Shown: positions 1-9,652 of the stretch, piece after piece | Position numbering within the stretch: the stretch's first letter is position 1 | How the letters are laid out: each line of letters starts with the position of its first letter | Assembly: GCA_965247095.1 (NCBI GenBank) | Contig: OZ251997.1 | Coordinates: forward strand, 2,848,001 to 2,912,000 | Origin: Candidatus Multivorans sp. | GTDB lineage: Bacteria > Acidobacteriota > Thermoanaerobaculia > Multivoradales > Multivoraceae | DNA: 64,000 nucleotides | Reading direction: 5' to 3' | The notes under the pieces: model-generated | The model's input: only the letters and a program-made list of their open reading frames with translations | Told to the model about the DNA's origin: nothing | Databases searched by the model: none | Position numbers and translations under genes: made by a program

Positions 1-1
1 A

Positions 2-244
2 GCAGCCGGTTTCGCGCGGGCGATGCTGAAGAGTTGCACCAGGAGGGACCACCCGTTCAGGCGGACGGCGGTGGAAACTGTGCTGAGTTACTTCGAGAAG
101 GGAGCGGGCGAGTTCAATGATGGCTTGTTGGTGGAGACATGTCGCATTAACGGATGGAAGTTCGTGACTCATGACGGGGACATTACGGTGGGCGGGATTG
201 ACGTACTGACAGCGAATCCGAAGCTTGTGGCGGCGTGTAAGTAG
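2..244 (+). CDS. PIN-domain protein, C-terminal part (runs off window start)
   Basis: Frame is open from position 2. EFNDGLLVETC...FVTHDGD resembles the C-terminal acidic PIN motifs. Confidence 0.6.
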   Translation, partial: AAGFARAMLKSCTRRDHPFRRTAVETVLSYFEKGAGEFNDGLLVETCRINGWKFVTHDGDITVGGIDVLTANPKLVAACK

Positions 245-268
245 GGTTGTTGCTGGGGGAGTGGGCTT

Positions 269-610
269 TTGGGGTCTTGGCAGTTGGTCTTGTCAGTCGA
301 GTTCGAGCAGGAGCGCGAGATGTGGGTGGCATGGTGCCCCGAACTCGATGTCGCGAGTCAAGGCTCCGACAAGACCGAGGCATTGGAGATGCTCAACGAT
401 GCAGTTTCGCTGTTCCTGGCGACGTGCCACGAGATCGGGACGCTGCACCAGGTGCTGGAAGAGAGTGGGCTGACACCGCTGAAGCTGCACTCGGAACCTG
501 CGGAAGGTGCCGTCTCGGTGCCGATCGACTTGGTGATCCAGCAGGTCGTCTCTCCACCCGAACGACTCGGCTTCGACGCGGCCGGCTCGGCGGCGCAAGC
601 TCCGGGTTAG
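269..610 (+). CDS. HicB-family antitoxin (no adjacent hicA)
   Basis: WVAWCPELDVASQGSDKTEALEMLNDAV is the HicB N-terminal signature. Start codon uncertain. Confidence 0.75.
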   Translation: MGSWQLVLSVEFEQEREMWVAWCPELDVASQGSDKTEALEMLNDAVSLFLATCHEIGTLHQVLEESGLTPLKLHSEPAEGAVSVPIDLVIQQVVSPPERLGFDAAGSAAQAPG

Positions 611-826
611 TCAGGGGTCCTGTGACTCTCGTGCTCGCCGTCGGGCCTGCACGAGCACGACGACGAGCGCCAGTCCGCCGCCGAGCAGCGCGAGCGTCGG
701 CGTGTCCGCGCCTTTCTCGCCGAGCGCGGCGTTGAGCCCGCCGCCGGCGAGCATGCCGATCAGCACCGCGAGCAGAGCCCTCCCGATGGCGCGGGCTTTG
801 GGACGGGATCGTCTTTCTTCGGTCAT
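611..826 (-). CDS. Small membrane protein (two hydrophobic segments)
   Basis: 71 aa with two hydrophobic stretches and basic flanks; converges on the HicB gene. Confidence 0.55.
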   Translation of the reverse strand: MTEERRSRPKARAIGRALLAVLIGMLAGGGLNAALGEKGADTPTLALLGGGLALVVVLVQARRRARESQDP

Positions 827-1022
827 TGCTCAGTCCCCACGGGTGGTTTGGCGATGCAGCACTAGGCCGCATCCGGCGCTCAGCGTTGTGACGCAAACTG
901 TACGCGCCGCTGCCGACTCACATCCTTGCAGATTGAACGGTAGCCGTTAGATCAACAAGGTTGATTCCCTGCCGGAACCGAACCGTCCCTCGACCACGTC
1001 ACACAAAATCACGCTAGACTGC

Positions 1023-1397
1023 GTGACGAACCACGAGGTTGCTGTCATGCGTTTTCAGGAATTCATCGAAGATCAGGTCTTCTCACCGGTGCTCATCGCA
1101 TCCGAGTTGCGAACCACCAAGGCTGAGATCGCCGGCACGCTCGGTCTGGGACGGGACGCCTTCTCGCGCGCGTCACGGATTCGGGCCCGGAAGACCCAGG
1201 TACGGCTCCGGCAGATGCTGGAGATTCTGAACCGGGTAGAGGCGCAGACGGGCTCGCCGCTCGCGGCGTACGCATGGTTCCGAGCCGAGCCATTGCCCGG
1301 GTTCGGCGGCGCCACGGCGGATCTGCTGCTGCGGGAGGGCAAGGCAGCTCAGGTCCACGCTTACCTCGACAGGGTCGTGGCCGGCGGCTACGCCTGA
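1023..1397 (+). CDS. Xre/MbcA/ParS-type antitoxin
   Basis: C-terminal AYAWFRAEPLPGFGGATADLLL...GGYA; directly upstream of a RES gene. Start may be ATG 1047. Confidence 0.85.
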   Translation: MTNHEVAVMRFQEFIEDQVFSPVLIASELRTTKAEIAGTLGLGRDAFSRASRIRARKTQVRLRQMLEILNRVEAQTGSPLAAYAWFRAEPLPGFGGATADLLLREGKAAQVHAYLDRVVAGGYA

Positions 1398-1411
1398 GGC
1401 CGAGTCCGGCG

Positions 1412-1924
1412 GTGCGCTTCCGCCGGGTCGTCTATCGGGCCCACAATCCGCAGTGGTCGTGGACACCGTTGTCCGGCGAAGGCGCCCGCCGTCATGGTGG
1501 ACACTTCAACCGGCGCGGCATGCCGGCGCTTTACTCGTCCCTGACCCCGCTGGCTGCGATCCGCGAGGCACAGCCGTTGGGCCGGCCGATGCAGCCGCTC
1601 ACGCTCTGCGCCTACGAGGTTGACGCCGAACCGGTGCTGGACACGCGCGACGGGGTTGAGCGAGCGGCCTTTGGTGTCAGCGAGGCGGACCTGCTGTGCC
1701 CGGCCTGGGAGGCGGAGATGCTGGGTGGAGCGGTCCCGTTGTCGCAGGCCCTGGCCGATCGACTGGTCGCGGCCGGCCAGGTGGGAATGGTGGTCCGGAG
1801 CTTTGCCCATGGCGTGGGGAGGGAGGATTTCAACCTCGTTCTCTGGACCTGGGGCCAAGAACGACCGAGCATGGTGGTCTTGATCGACGACGAGAATCGG
1901 CTGACGGGCGGGCAGCGGGCGTAG
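1412..1924 (+). CDS. RES-domain toxin (NAD+ phosphorylase family)
   Basis: VYRAHNP..SGEGARRHGGHFN...ALYSS...AIRE...VRSFA...NLVLW; GTG at 1412 in frame. Confidence 0.9.
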   Translation: MRFRRVVYRAHNPQWSWTPLSGEGARRHGGHFNRRGMPALYSSLTPLAAIREAQPLGRPMQPLTLCAYEVDAEPVLDTRDGVERAAFGVSEADLLCPAWEAEMLGGAVPLSQALADRLVAAGQVGMVVRSFAHGVGREDFNLVLWTWGQERPSMVVLIDDENRLTGGQRA

Positions 1925-1947
1925 GCCGATGCGCTTGAGCCAGCCGC

Positions 1948-2832
1948 CTACTGCGGCACCAGCGCCACGATCCGCACCGGTGCCCCAGTCCCGCCTTCGA
2001 TCTTCATCGGCAGCGCGACGAGCAGGAAGCCGGTCGACGGCAGTTCCGACAGGTCCGCCACGTTCTCCAGGTTCGGCACGCCGGCGGCGCCGCCGATCTG
2101 GTGCACGATGAAGTCGGTCGACTGGCCGTAGTCGACGCTGGCGGTGTCGATGCCGAGCAGGCTGATGCCCCGTTCCTCGACCAGCAGGCGCGCCGCGTCC
2201 TCGCCGATGCCGGGGAAGTGGAGGTTGCTGGCATCGCCGGGCGTGTCGTCGCCGAGGTAGGCGAGCGCGTCGGGCCAGCGTTCCGGCCAGCCGGTGCGGA
2301 TGAGGACGGCGGCGCCGGCCGGCACCGGGCCGTGCTGTTCTTCCCAGGCGCCGATGTCCCCGGCGGTCACGAGGTAATCGGCGTCGGCGGCCGCCTGTTC
2401 GCTGACGTCGACGACGATCCCGGGGAGGATGAGCCGGTCGAGTGCAATCGAGGCGACATCGTCGCCGCCTTCGGCGAAGTGGACGGGGGCGTCGAGGTGG
2501 GTGCCGCCGTGCTCGGCGGTCGCGAACTGCTTGGCGGCGTAGAAGTAACCGGCTTCGGTGTGGCCCTCGGCGAGCGTCTCGAGGTCGAAGCCGCGGGTGT
2601 CGGTGGGCCAGTACAGGGTGTCGGCGCCGTAGGCGTGGCTGAGGTCGATTGTGCGCCAGTTGGCGACGGCGTCGGGGGTGGAGGCTGCGGAGGGTTCCTC
2701 GGGCGGCGGGGCGGTGCAGGCGGCGACTACTAGCAGAGCGGTGACCAGGACCGGGGTCGTTGCCAGTGTGCCGGATGCGGGCAGGATGCCCGCGTTCCCA
2801 GGGACGGATGCAGGGAGTTCGCTTGCGGACAT
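1948..2832 (-). CDS. Cyclase-family (kynurenine formamidase/isatin hydrolase-like) lipoprotein
   Basis: EHGGTHLDAPVHF, GIDTASVD, PNLEN, PMKIEGGTGAPVR; lipobox VAAC; strong RBS GAGGAGG upstream of ATG 2832. Confidence 0.9.
   Translation of the reverse strand: MSASELPASVPGNAGILPASGTLATTPVLVTALLVVAACTAPPPEEPSAASTPDAVANWRTIDLSHAYGADTLYWPTDTRGFDLETLAEGHTEAGYFYAAKQFATAEHGGTHLDAPVHFAEGGDDVASIALDRLILPGIVVDVSEQAAADADYLVTAGDIGAWEEQHGPVPAGAAVLIRTGWPERWPDALAYLGDDTPGDASNLHFPGIGEDAARLLVEERGISLLGIDTASVDYGQSTDFIVHQIGGAAGVPNLENVADLSELPSTGFLLVALPMKIEGGTGAPVRIVALVPQ
2771..2803 (-). repeat. REP hairpin inside the cyclase N-terminal coding region
   Basis: Minus strand CCCTGGGAACGCGGGCATCCTGCCCGCATCCGG encodes PGNAGILPASG. 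Confidence 0.85.
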
Positions 2833-2847
2833 GACGTTCCTCCTCTT

Positions 2848-3897
2848 CTACACCGCCAACGCGGTCGAAAAGTCCGGTACCCCCTCCCAACGCCCCGGGT
2901 CCGTGGCCCGCATGACCGCGATCGTCTTGATCGCCTCGGGGTTCGCGATGCCGTGGGGCATCTCCCCCGTGAGGACCCGGGTGACGTTCTCGGCCTGGCG
3001 GATCGGGCACTCGCCGAGAAACACGGGCGAGAAGCCGGCGATGTGCGGGGTCACGATGCAGTTGGGGAGCTTCAGCAGGGGGTCGTCGGGGTCGATCGGT
3101 TCCTTCTCGGTGACGTCGAGCGCGGCGGCCTCGATCTGTCCTTCCGCGAGCGCGGTCGCGAGCGCCGCGCCGTCGACGATCGGGCCGCGCGCCGCATTCA
3201 CGAGCAGCGCCGTCGTCTTCATCAGCGCCAGGGTGTCGGCGTTGATCATGTGCCGGGTCTCATCGGTCGCCGAGCAATGGATCGTCACGTAGTCGGCCTC
3301 GGCCAGCAGCTCCTCGAGCGGCACCAGCTTGACGCCGTAGAGGTCCGCGGTGACCTGGTCGACGTACGGGTCAGCGGCAATGATCCGCGCCGGCCCGAAG
3401 CCGCGAGCCCGGGTGGCGAAGGCGCGGCCGATGTTGCCGAAGCCGATGATGCCGACGGTGTGGCCGGCGATCCGCCGCGCCCCGGTGAGGAGCCCGATCA
3501 TGGACTCCCGGTCACGGCCCCAATCCCCTTCGCGAGTGGTGCGAACGGCGTCGACGACGCGCCGCGTCAGCGCCAGCATCAGCGCCATCGCGTGGTCGGC
3601 GACCTCGGTCGTGTTGGAACCCGGTACATTCGTCGCCAGGATGCCGAGTTCGGTCGCGGCGTCGAGGTCGATCGAGTCGACGCCGACGCCCAGCCGGCTG
3701 ATCACCTTGAGCTTCGGACAGCGCTCCAGGACGGAGCGCGAGGTCAGCGGCATGACGCCGACCAGGGCGCCGTCGGCGTCGGCGAGCAGTTCGGCCAGGT
3801 CGTCCTCGCTCCGGCAGATGCCGTCCACGGTCTCGAAGCCCTGATCGTCGAACAGATCCCCACGGTTGAAGGGACTGCGCTGCATCGCTACTTTCAC
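2848..3897 (-). CDS. D-2-hydroxyacid dehydrogenase (SerA/CtBP-like)
   Basis: GVGVDSID, GIIGFGNIG, VNAARG, ALDVTEKEP, TPHIAG; GTG 3897 after TAAGGAG. Confidence 0.9.
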   Translation of the reverse strand: MKVAMQRSPFNRGDLFDDQGFETVDGICRSEDDLAELLADADGALVGVMPLTSRSVLERCPKLKVISRLGVGVDSIDLDAATELGILATNVPGSNTTEVADHAMALMLALTRRVVDAVRTTREGDWGRDRESMIGLLTGARRIAGHTVGIIGFGNIGRAFATRARGFGPARIIAADPYVDQVTADLYGVKLVPLEELLAEADYVTIHCSATDETRHMINADTLALMKTTALLVNAARGPIVDGAALATALAEGQIEAAALDVTEKEPIDPDDPLLKLPNCIVTPHIAGFSPVFLGECPIRQAENVTRVLTGEMPHGIANPEAIKTIAVMRATDPGRWEGVPDFSTALAV

Positions 3898-3920
3898 GTT
3901 CTGCTCCTTAGCCCTGCAGG

Positions 3921-4700
3921 TCACACGACGGGACACAGCCCGCCGTCCAGGTTGATCGACGCGCCGGTGATGTAGCCGCCGCGCTCGGAGACCAGGAACG
4001 CGATCAGGTCGGCATACTCCTCCGCCTCGCCGACGCGGCCCAGGGGGACCCTCTTGCCCATCGCCTCGTAGATCGACTCGACTTCGACGCCCTGGCCTTC
4101 GGCCCGCCGCACCCACTGGTCGCTCTTGATCAGGCCGATGCAGATCGTGTTGACGCGGATGTTGTCCGCGGCCAGTTCGTTGGCGAGCGACTTGGTCAGG
4201 TTGATGCCGGCGGCCCGGGTGACGCTGGTCGGCAGCGCCCGCGCCGGCGGCGCCTTGCCGCCGCCGATCGTCGCGTTGACGATCGAACCGCCGCCGCGCT
4301 CGCGCATCGAGGGCACGACGCCCCGGCAGAAACGCACCGCACCCATCACCTTGAGCTGGATGTCGGCGAGCCAGGCGTCGTCGTCGAGCGACTCGAGGCC
4401 CTGAGCCGCCGACGCTCCGGCGTTGTTGACCAGAATGTCGACGCCGCCGAACTTCGCCGTCACCGCGTCGACGAACTGCTCGACATCGCCGGCGGACGTG
4501 ACATCCGCCGGCTGCGCGAACACCTCGCCGCCGCCGAGCGCGCGCAGTTCGTCCGCCGCCCGCTCCAGGTTCTCCGCCCGGCGGGCGCAGATCGCGACCC
4601 GCACGCCCTCGCTCGCCAGTCGCCGCGCCGTCGCGAGCCCCATCCCCTCGCTGCCGCCGGTGACGATCGCCACCTTGCCTTCAAGACCAAGTTCCAGCAT
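3921..4700 (-). CDS. Short-chain dehydrogenase/reductase
   Basis: TGGSEGMG, ILVNNAG, IRVNTI, TGASINLDGG; YxxxK is atypical (TSVTR). Confidence 0.9.
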   Translation of the reverse strand: MLELGLEGKVAIVTGGSEGMGLATARRLASEGVRVAICARRAENLERAADELRALGGGEVFAQPADVTSAGDVEQFVDAVTAKFGGVDILVNNAGASAAQGLESLDDDAWLADIQLKVMGAVRFCRGVVPSMRERGGGSIVNATIGGGKAPPARALPTSVTRAAGINLTKSLANELAADNIRVNTICIGLIKSDQWVRRAEGQGVEVESIYEAMGKRVPLGRVGEAEEYADLIAFLVSERGGYITGASINLDGGLCPVV

Positions 4701-4774
4701 CCGCTCCGCTCCTTGAGATGTTCGTGTGAAGCGTGAGTGTGCCTGTCATGGGCCGGTCTGCGCAAACCGGTCCG

Positions 4775-4926
4775 CCCGGGAACCCGGGTGGCGCGATCCG
4801 CCCCGGGAACCCGCGTGGCGCGATCCGCGCCACCCGTGAACCACTCCGTTCGCCCGTCATCGGGCGGACGGATGGAACGCGGGCATCCTGCCCGCTCTCC
4901 GAAGAAACTGCCGCCGCGAAGCGGCG
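4775..4926 (+). repeat. Composite REP element (partial unit + three hairpins + GAA mini-hairpin)
   Basis: GGGAACCCGCGTGGCGCGATCCGCGCCACCCG, CCGTTCGCCCGTCATCGGGCGGACGG, GCGGGCATCCTGCCCGC, GCCGCGAAGCGGC. Confidence 0.9.
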
Positions 4927-4929
4927 ACC

Positions 4930-6600
4930 TCAGCTCACCGCCTGCCGCGCCGCCTCCCTCAGCCCCGCCACCACCTCCCCGAACCGCGGATCCTCCCGCA
5001 GCGCCGCCAGATCGGCGTCATTCTCGATCCAGCGCAGGTGCGGGTAACCATTCCTCACTGCCGATTCCAGGTACCGGAGCCCGGCATCCATATCGCCGCA
5101 CACGCACGCCACGCAGGCCAGGTTGTAGAGCGCGACGGCATCCTGCACATCCAGCGCCTCCGCCCGATCGGCCCACTCCAGAGCCTCTTTCTTCCGGCCC
5201 TGGCGGGCAAGAGCGACCGCGCCCAGGTAGATCGCGCGCTGATCGTCGGGGTAGCGCAACAGGCGCTTTCGCACTCTGGCCAGAGCGAGCTCCTGAAGTC
5301 GCGCCGACTCGGTTTCCCGGCCGAGCGCCGCCAGAGCCGAGGCGCAGATCGAGCAGGGGGCGTAGGCCGTCGGATCGGCTTCGATGGCCCGGAAGAAGAA
5401 CGTGACCGCTTCCTCCATCCGGCCCTGGGCGAAGCGGTGACGGGCGAAGTTGTGGTTCGCCTCAAAGCTCAGCGGGTCGAGTTCCAGGGCACGCCGGAAG
5501 TGGACTTCGGCTTCCTCCAGCCGACCATTGGTGCTCAGGGTCATGGCCCGCGCGGAATGCGCCTCCGCGACCTCGGGCGCCAGCTCCAGTGCCCGTGAAC
5601 TCGCCTCGTCCGCCAGTCGGAGGTTCTCCTCGCTCGGCTCGTGGAACAGGTACAGGCATGCCGAGCAGTGCGCGGACGCGGCGTGAGCCAGCGCGTACTC
5701 AGGATCGAGCTCGATTGCCTCCGCGAACAGCCGCCGCGCCTCGTAGTAGGTCCTCTTGCGCGCCTGGTGGTAAAGACTCCGGCCGCGCAGGTAGAGGTCG
5801 TAGGCTTGGCTGGACGCCGTGCGCCGGGCCTCGTGCCGCGCCGCGTCCGGCGCCAAACGCAGTTCCAGCGTCTCGGCGATCAGAGTCGCCGTCTGGTCCT
5901 GCAGCGCGAAGATCTCCTGCGAGTGCCGCTGCCACTGTTCCGACCAGACCTGGATGCCGGTGCGGGCATCCGTCACTTCGACGCCGATGCGGAGTTCGTC
6001 GCCCTCCTTGCGGACCGTACCCGCCAGCACCAGGTTGGCGCCGATCTGCCGCCCTACTACCCGGGGATCGGCCAGCGCGTCGTACTGGAAGGACACCCCG
6101 CGGGCCGTGACCCGCAGGCCGACGACGTGGGCGAGGCGGTGGAGGATCTCCTCGGCCATCCCCTCGCAGAGGTGCGCCTGATCGCGCTGCGGGCTGCGGT
6201 CGGCGAACGGCAGGACGGCGATCGAGAGTCCCCGTTCCTCTTCCGGCGGCGGCGGCACGGCGACCGAGGGGGCGCCTTCCGTCGCGGCCAGATCCTCGAT
6301 CACCGGACCGGTGAAGCGGAATCCGCGCCCGTACACGGTGGTGATCCACTTGGCGCTTCCGCCGCCGCCGGCGAGGACCTTGCGCGCCTCGCTGACCGCC
6401 CGGCTGATCGCCGCTTCCGTCACGTAGGCGCCGTCCCAGATGTTCCCGAGCAGCTCCTCCTTGGACACCACCCGGTCCCGGTTCGCGACCAGGAAGGTCA
6501 GCAGCTCGAACACCTTGGGCTGAAGCTGCCGGGGCTGTCCGGCGACCTCAAGGCCGTACTGCTCCGGCTTCAGCACGAAGGGGCCGAAGTAGAAGATCAC
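4930..6600 (-). CDS. Winged-helix (OmpR/CadC-type) regulator with TolB-like and TPR domains
   Basis: LQPKVFELLTFLVANRDRVVSKEELL...ITTVYGRGFRF; SIAVLPF motif; multiple TPRs. Confidence 0.9.
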   Translation of the reverse strand: MIFYFGPFVLKPEQYGLEVAGQPRQLQPKVFELLTFLVANRDRVVSKEELLGNIWDGAYVTEAAISRAVSEARKVLAGGGGSAKWITTVYGRGFRFTGPVIEDLAATEGAPSVAVPPPPEEERGLSIAVLPFADRSPQRDQAHLCEGMAEEILHRLAHVVGLRVTARGVSFQYDALADPRVVGRQIGANLVLAGTVRKEGDELRIGVEVTDARTGIQVWSEQWQRHSQEIFALQDQTATLIAETLELRLAPDAARHEARRTASSQAYDLYLRGRSLYHQARKRTYYEARRLFAEAIELDPEYALAHAASAHCSACLYLFHEPSEENLRLADEASSRALELAPEVAEAHSARAMTLSTNGRLEEAEVHFRRALELDPLSFEANHNFARHRFAQGRMEEAVTFFFRAIEADPTAYAPCSICASALAALGRETESARLQELALARVRKRLLRYPDDQRAIYLGAVALARQGRKKEALEWADRAEALDVQDAVALYNLACVACVCGDMDAGLRYLESAVRNGYPHLRWIENDADLAALREDPRFGEVVAGLREAARQAVS

Positions 6601-6622
6601 CGGCGGATTCTAGCGGATCGGC

Positions 6623-6682
6623 TCACGTTCTGGTTGCTTATCGCTTCAAGTCCGATCAAGTTCGGCTCCGGATTGGATCAAG
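6623..6682 (+). promoter_or_regulatory. Phased TCAAG-like direct repeats, candidate wHTH operator
   Basis: TCACG 6623, TCAAG 6646, TCAAG 6656, TCCGG 6667, TCAAG 6678: mostly 10-11 bp steps between the divergent regulator and TonB receptor genes. Confidence 0.5.
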
Positions 6683-6799
6683 CTATGGGGGGCGGGTACC
6701 CATAGTCTGTCGATTGTGGCTTGAAATGCGCGCAATCTGCCGCAGGCGTCGAACAACGCCGCCGTCGGGTTTGAACGGTTTGAACGAAGGAGCAACGAA

Positions 6800-9640
6800 A
6801 TGCTGAGAGAAACGACGATGCAACGCCTGCAGAGCTTCGGATGGATCCTGATGGCGGCCGTGCTGCTGTCCGCGGCGCCGGCCGCCGGCCAGGGTCCCAC
6901 CGGCCAGGTGCTCGGCCACGTGACGGACAGCGAGGGGGCTGCCGTCTCCGGAGCGACCGTCATCCTGCAATCGCAGGAGATCGATGATCCGCTCGTCGTC
7001 ACCACCGACGCCGACGGGTTCTACAACGCGACCAACGTGCGCCCCGCGACCTATCAGGTCTCCGTGGAGGCGACCGGCTATGCCGGCGCCCCTGCGTCGC
7101 TCGCGGTGCGGGTCGGCAGCATTCAGCGCGTGAACTTCGAACTCGCGGCCGCCGAGGAAGTGAGCGAGGAGATCACCGTCGTCTCCGAGCGGCCGCAGAT
7201 CGAGTCGGTCGATTCCCGCGTGAACAAGTACATCTCCTTCGAGGAGATCCAGAGCCTGCCGCTCCCGAACCGGAGCTTCCTGGACGTGCTGAGGATCCTT
7301 CCAGGGGTCCACGGGGGCCTCGCGACCGGCGGCCTTGACAACAGTGCCCCCAACAACAGCTTCAGCATTCACGGGGCGCGCATGAACCAGAACCAGTTCC
7401 TGATCGACGGCGTGGCCAACAACGACCTGAGCGACCTGAACTACGACGACCTGGCCACGTCCGAGACCCGCGCCGGCCCCCGGAGTTCCGCAGGCGCCGG
7501 CCAGAGGGGGTCGACCTTCTCGACGGGAACGGCGCTGCAGACCTACAACCTGGACGCCATCCAGGAGGTCCAGGTGTCGACCGCGACGTTCTCGGCCGAG
7601 TACGGCAACGCGTCCGGGGGCGTGATCAACATCATCACCCGTTCCGGCGCCGACCAGTACAACGCCTCGGCGACGGTTCAACAACAGCACGACGGGGTGG
7701 TGGAAGCGGGGTTCACGGGGCGGACCGCGGACGACGCGGAACAGTTGGAGGGCCAGGACTTCACAATAAGACAGGCATCGCTGACCCTGGGCGGCCCCAT
7801 CAACCGGGGCACGACCCACTTCTTCACCAGCTACGAGTACGACGACTATGAGATGGGCTACGACTACAACCAGAGCCACGTCTACATACGGGCCGTGCCG
7901 GTCGAATTGGGGTTGACCGCCAACGTGACCAACCGCGACCGCCTGACCGGCAAGCTGACCCACCAGTTCTCGGACTCGAACGACCTGAGCGTGTCGGGGA
8001 ACTGGGTCAGCGAGCAGGCCGCCGTTGGGCACTCGCTCTTCCGCTCCAGCCAGGAACACATAGAGCACCAGGATCATGCCAACGACTCCCTGGGCCTGTC
8101 CGTGCGCCATGTTGCCGCCGTGGGTTCGGACATGACGCTCGAATCGGTGCTGGGGCAGATTCAGGCCGACCGGAGCATGGAAACCTCCTCGGATCCGTTG
8201 CGGCGATTGCGTCTTTACTTCCACGAGGATGGCGGCCTCGTTTTTCACCTCGAGGGCTCCATCGGCCCCGAAGTCGACAACACGCTCGAGAGCTTCCAGT
8301 GGAAGGAACGCCTGTCCTGGCTCCGTGGGGATCATTCCTTGCGCGCCGGCGTCGGCGTGGAGCGCTTCGGTCAGCGAACCATGCAGCCGGCGTGGCAAAG
8401 CTGGGGCTATGGGTTTGTCGACGACTTCTCAACCCCTCCGGCCAGTGGCGTATACCAGTTTCCGACCGACATCGACGTCTCGGTCACGAACTCCCACCTC
8501 TTCATCCAGGACGACTGGTTCGTGAGCGACCGTTGGACGTTCAATCTGGGCGGGCGCTACGACCGGAACAACCTGGTCGACGACCAGACCGTCGAGGCGC
8601 GGCTGGGTGCTGCCGTCGATGTCGGCGGGAACGGCCGTTCCGTTCTCCGCTTCGGCGCCGGGCTGTATCACGATCGGTCGAACCTGATCGGCCATACGGG
8701 GGCTGACCGGCCACCGCTCCTCTTCAGTGTGCCGATCGATCCCGTGACTCTCGAAATGGACCCGACGAGCGCGGGCTCGCAACCTCGCGAGCTAGTCGTT
8801 GATCCGAACCTCCACCTGCCCGAGATCGTCAAGTGGAACGTGGGCTACGAGCGCCAGCTCGGTGAGCGCAACACGATGAGCATCCACGTCTTCGGCTCCG
8901 ACAGCGATGGTCTCTTCTTTACGGACTTCCAGAACAGGCGGTCATTCGCACTCGACGGAGCGCGGCCCGATCCCACCAAGGGAGATGTCCTCCTATACAC
9001 CAACACTGGCTACAGCGAGGTCCTCGATGTCGAGGTCGAGTTCAAGCGCCGCTTTGCCAACGGCTCCCTGGTGCACGTGAGCTACACCAATCAGGACGCC
9101 GTCGGCAGTTCGTTCTTCGAGTTGATCTCGGGTAACTCCGTTCTCAATGGGTCGTCGCGCGGGTCCGATCTGGGGGACCCGCCCGCGCAATTCAATGGGC
9201 CGCTCAACACCGAGGTGGAGCACAGCTACAAGCTCTCAGCAGTAGGGAACCTGCCCTGGGGCCTCCAACTGGCGGGATTCCTGGACTACCGGTCCGGCAA
9301 TCCCTTCACCGCCTGGGACCAGGCGTACATGCAATCACCGGGGGCCTGGGTCACCTATCCGTCGACTTTCTTCGAGGGCTTCAACACGAGGACCGGGCCG
9401 GACGTCTTCTCGGCCGATGTGCGTTTGGCCAAGACGTTCACCGTCAGGGAACGGCACGACCTTCACGTCTTCATCGATGTCTTCAACGCCACCGACCGGA
9501 CGAACGTGACCGAGATGAGGGGTCTGCGCACCTGGAACATCGGTCACCCCAACGGCCCCACTTCGAACGCCGTCTTTCCAGAGATCCGGAGGCGCGGACC
9601 GCAGCGTTCGGCCCAGTTCGGGATCAGGTGGTCGATGTAG
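6800..9640 (+). CDS. TonB-dependent receptor (Oar-like, N-terminal carboxypeptidase-regulatory-like domain)
   Basis: Signal peptide; GHVTDSEGAAVSGATV; NQFLIDG; DAIQEVQVST.FSAEYGNASGGVINIITRSG; FIQDDW; amphipathic C-terminal strand. RBS AAGGAG. Confidence 0.92.
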   Translation: MLRETTMQRLQSFGWILMAAVLLSAAPAAGQGPTGQVLGHVTDSEGAAVSGATVILQSQEIDDPLVVTTDADGFYNATNVRPATYQVSVEATGYAGAPASLAVRVGSIQRVNFELAAAEEVSEEITVVSERPQIESVDSRVNKYISFEEIQSLPLPNRSFLDVLRILPGVHGGLATGGLDNSAPNNSFSIHGARMNQNQFLIDGVANNDLSDLNYDDLATSETRAGPRSSAGAGQRGSTFSTGTALQTYNLDAIQEVQVSTATFSAEYGNASGGVINIITRSGADQYNASATVQQQHDGVVEAGFTGRTADDAEQLEGQDFTIRQASLTLGGPINRGTTHFFTSYEYDDYEMGYDYNQSHVYIRAVPVELGLTANVTNRDRLTGKLTHQFSDSNDLSVSGNWVSEQAAVGHSLFRSSQEHIEHQDHANDSLGLSVRHVAAVGSDMTLESVLGQIQADRSMETSSDPLRRLRLYFHEDGGLVFHLEGSIGPEVDNTLESFQWKERLSWLRGDHSLRAGVGVERFGQRTMQPAWQSWGYGFVDDFSTPPASGVYQFPTDIDVSVTNSHLFIQDDWFVSDRWTFNLGGRYDRNNLVDDQTVEARLGAAVDVGGNGRSVLRFGAGLYHDRSNLIGHTGADRPPLLFSVPIDPVTLEMDPTSAGSQPRELVVDPNLHLPEIVKWNVGYERQLGERNTMSIHVFGSDSDGLFFTDFQNRRSFALDGARPDPTKGDVLLYTNTGYSEVLDVEVEFKRRFANGSLVHVSYTNQDAVGSSFFELISGNSVLNGSSRGSDLGDPPAQFNGPLNTEVEHSYKLSAVGNLPWGLQLAGFLDYRSGNPFTAWDQAYMQSPGAWVTYPSTFFEGFNTRTGPDVFSADVRLAKTFTVRERHDLHVFIDVFNATDRTNVTEMRGLRTWNIGHPNGPTSNAVFPEIRRRGPQRSAQFGIRWSM

Positions 9641-9652
9641 GAGGGCGTTGAC

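Noticed and set aside
936-968. Two short palindromes (AACGG-TAG-CCGTT; ATCAAC-AAG-GTTGAT) upstream of Xre-RES
   Set aside because: Too short to distinguish from chance; might be operators but unsupported.
1388-3010. Long alternate-frame and antisense ORFs (also 6683-8398, 14863-16620, 25176-26882, 53247-55148, 54257-56002, 55332-57062)
   Set aside because: Arg/Pro/Gly-rich or antisense shadows of real genes, expected at high GC; no recognisable motifs.
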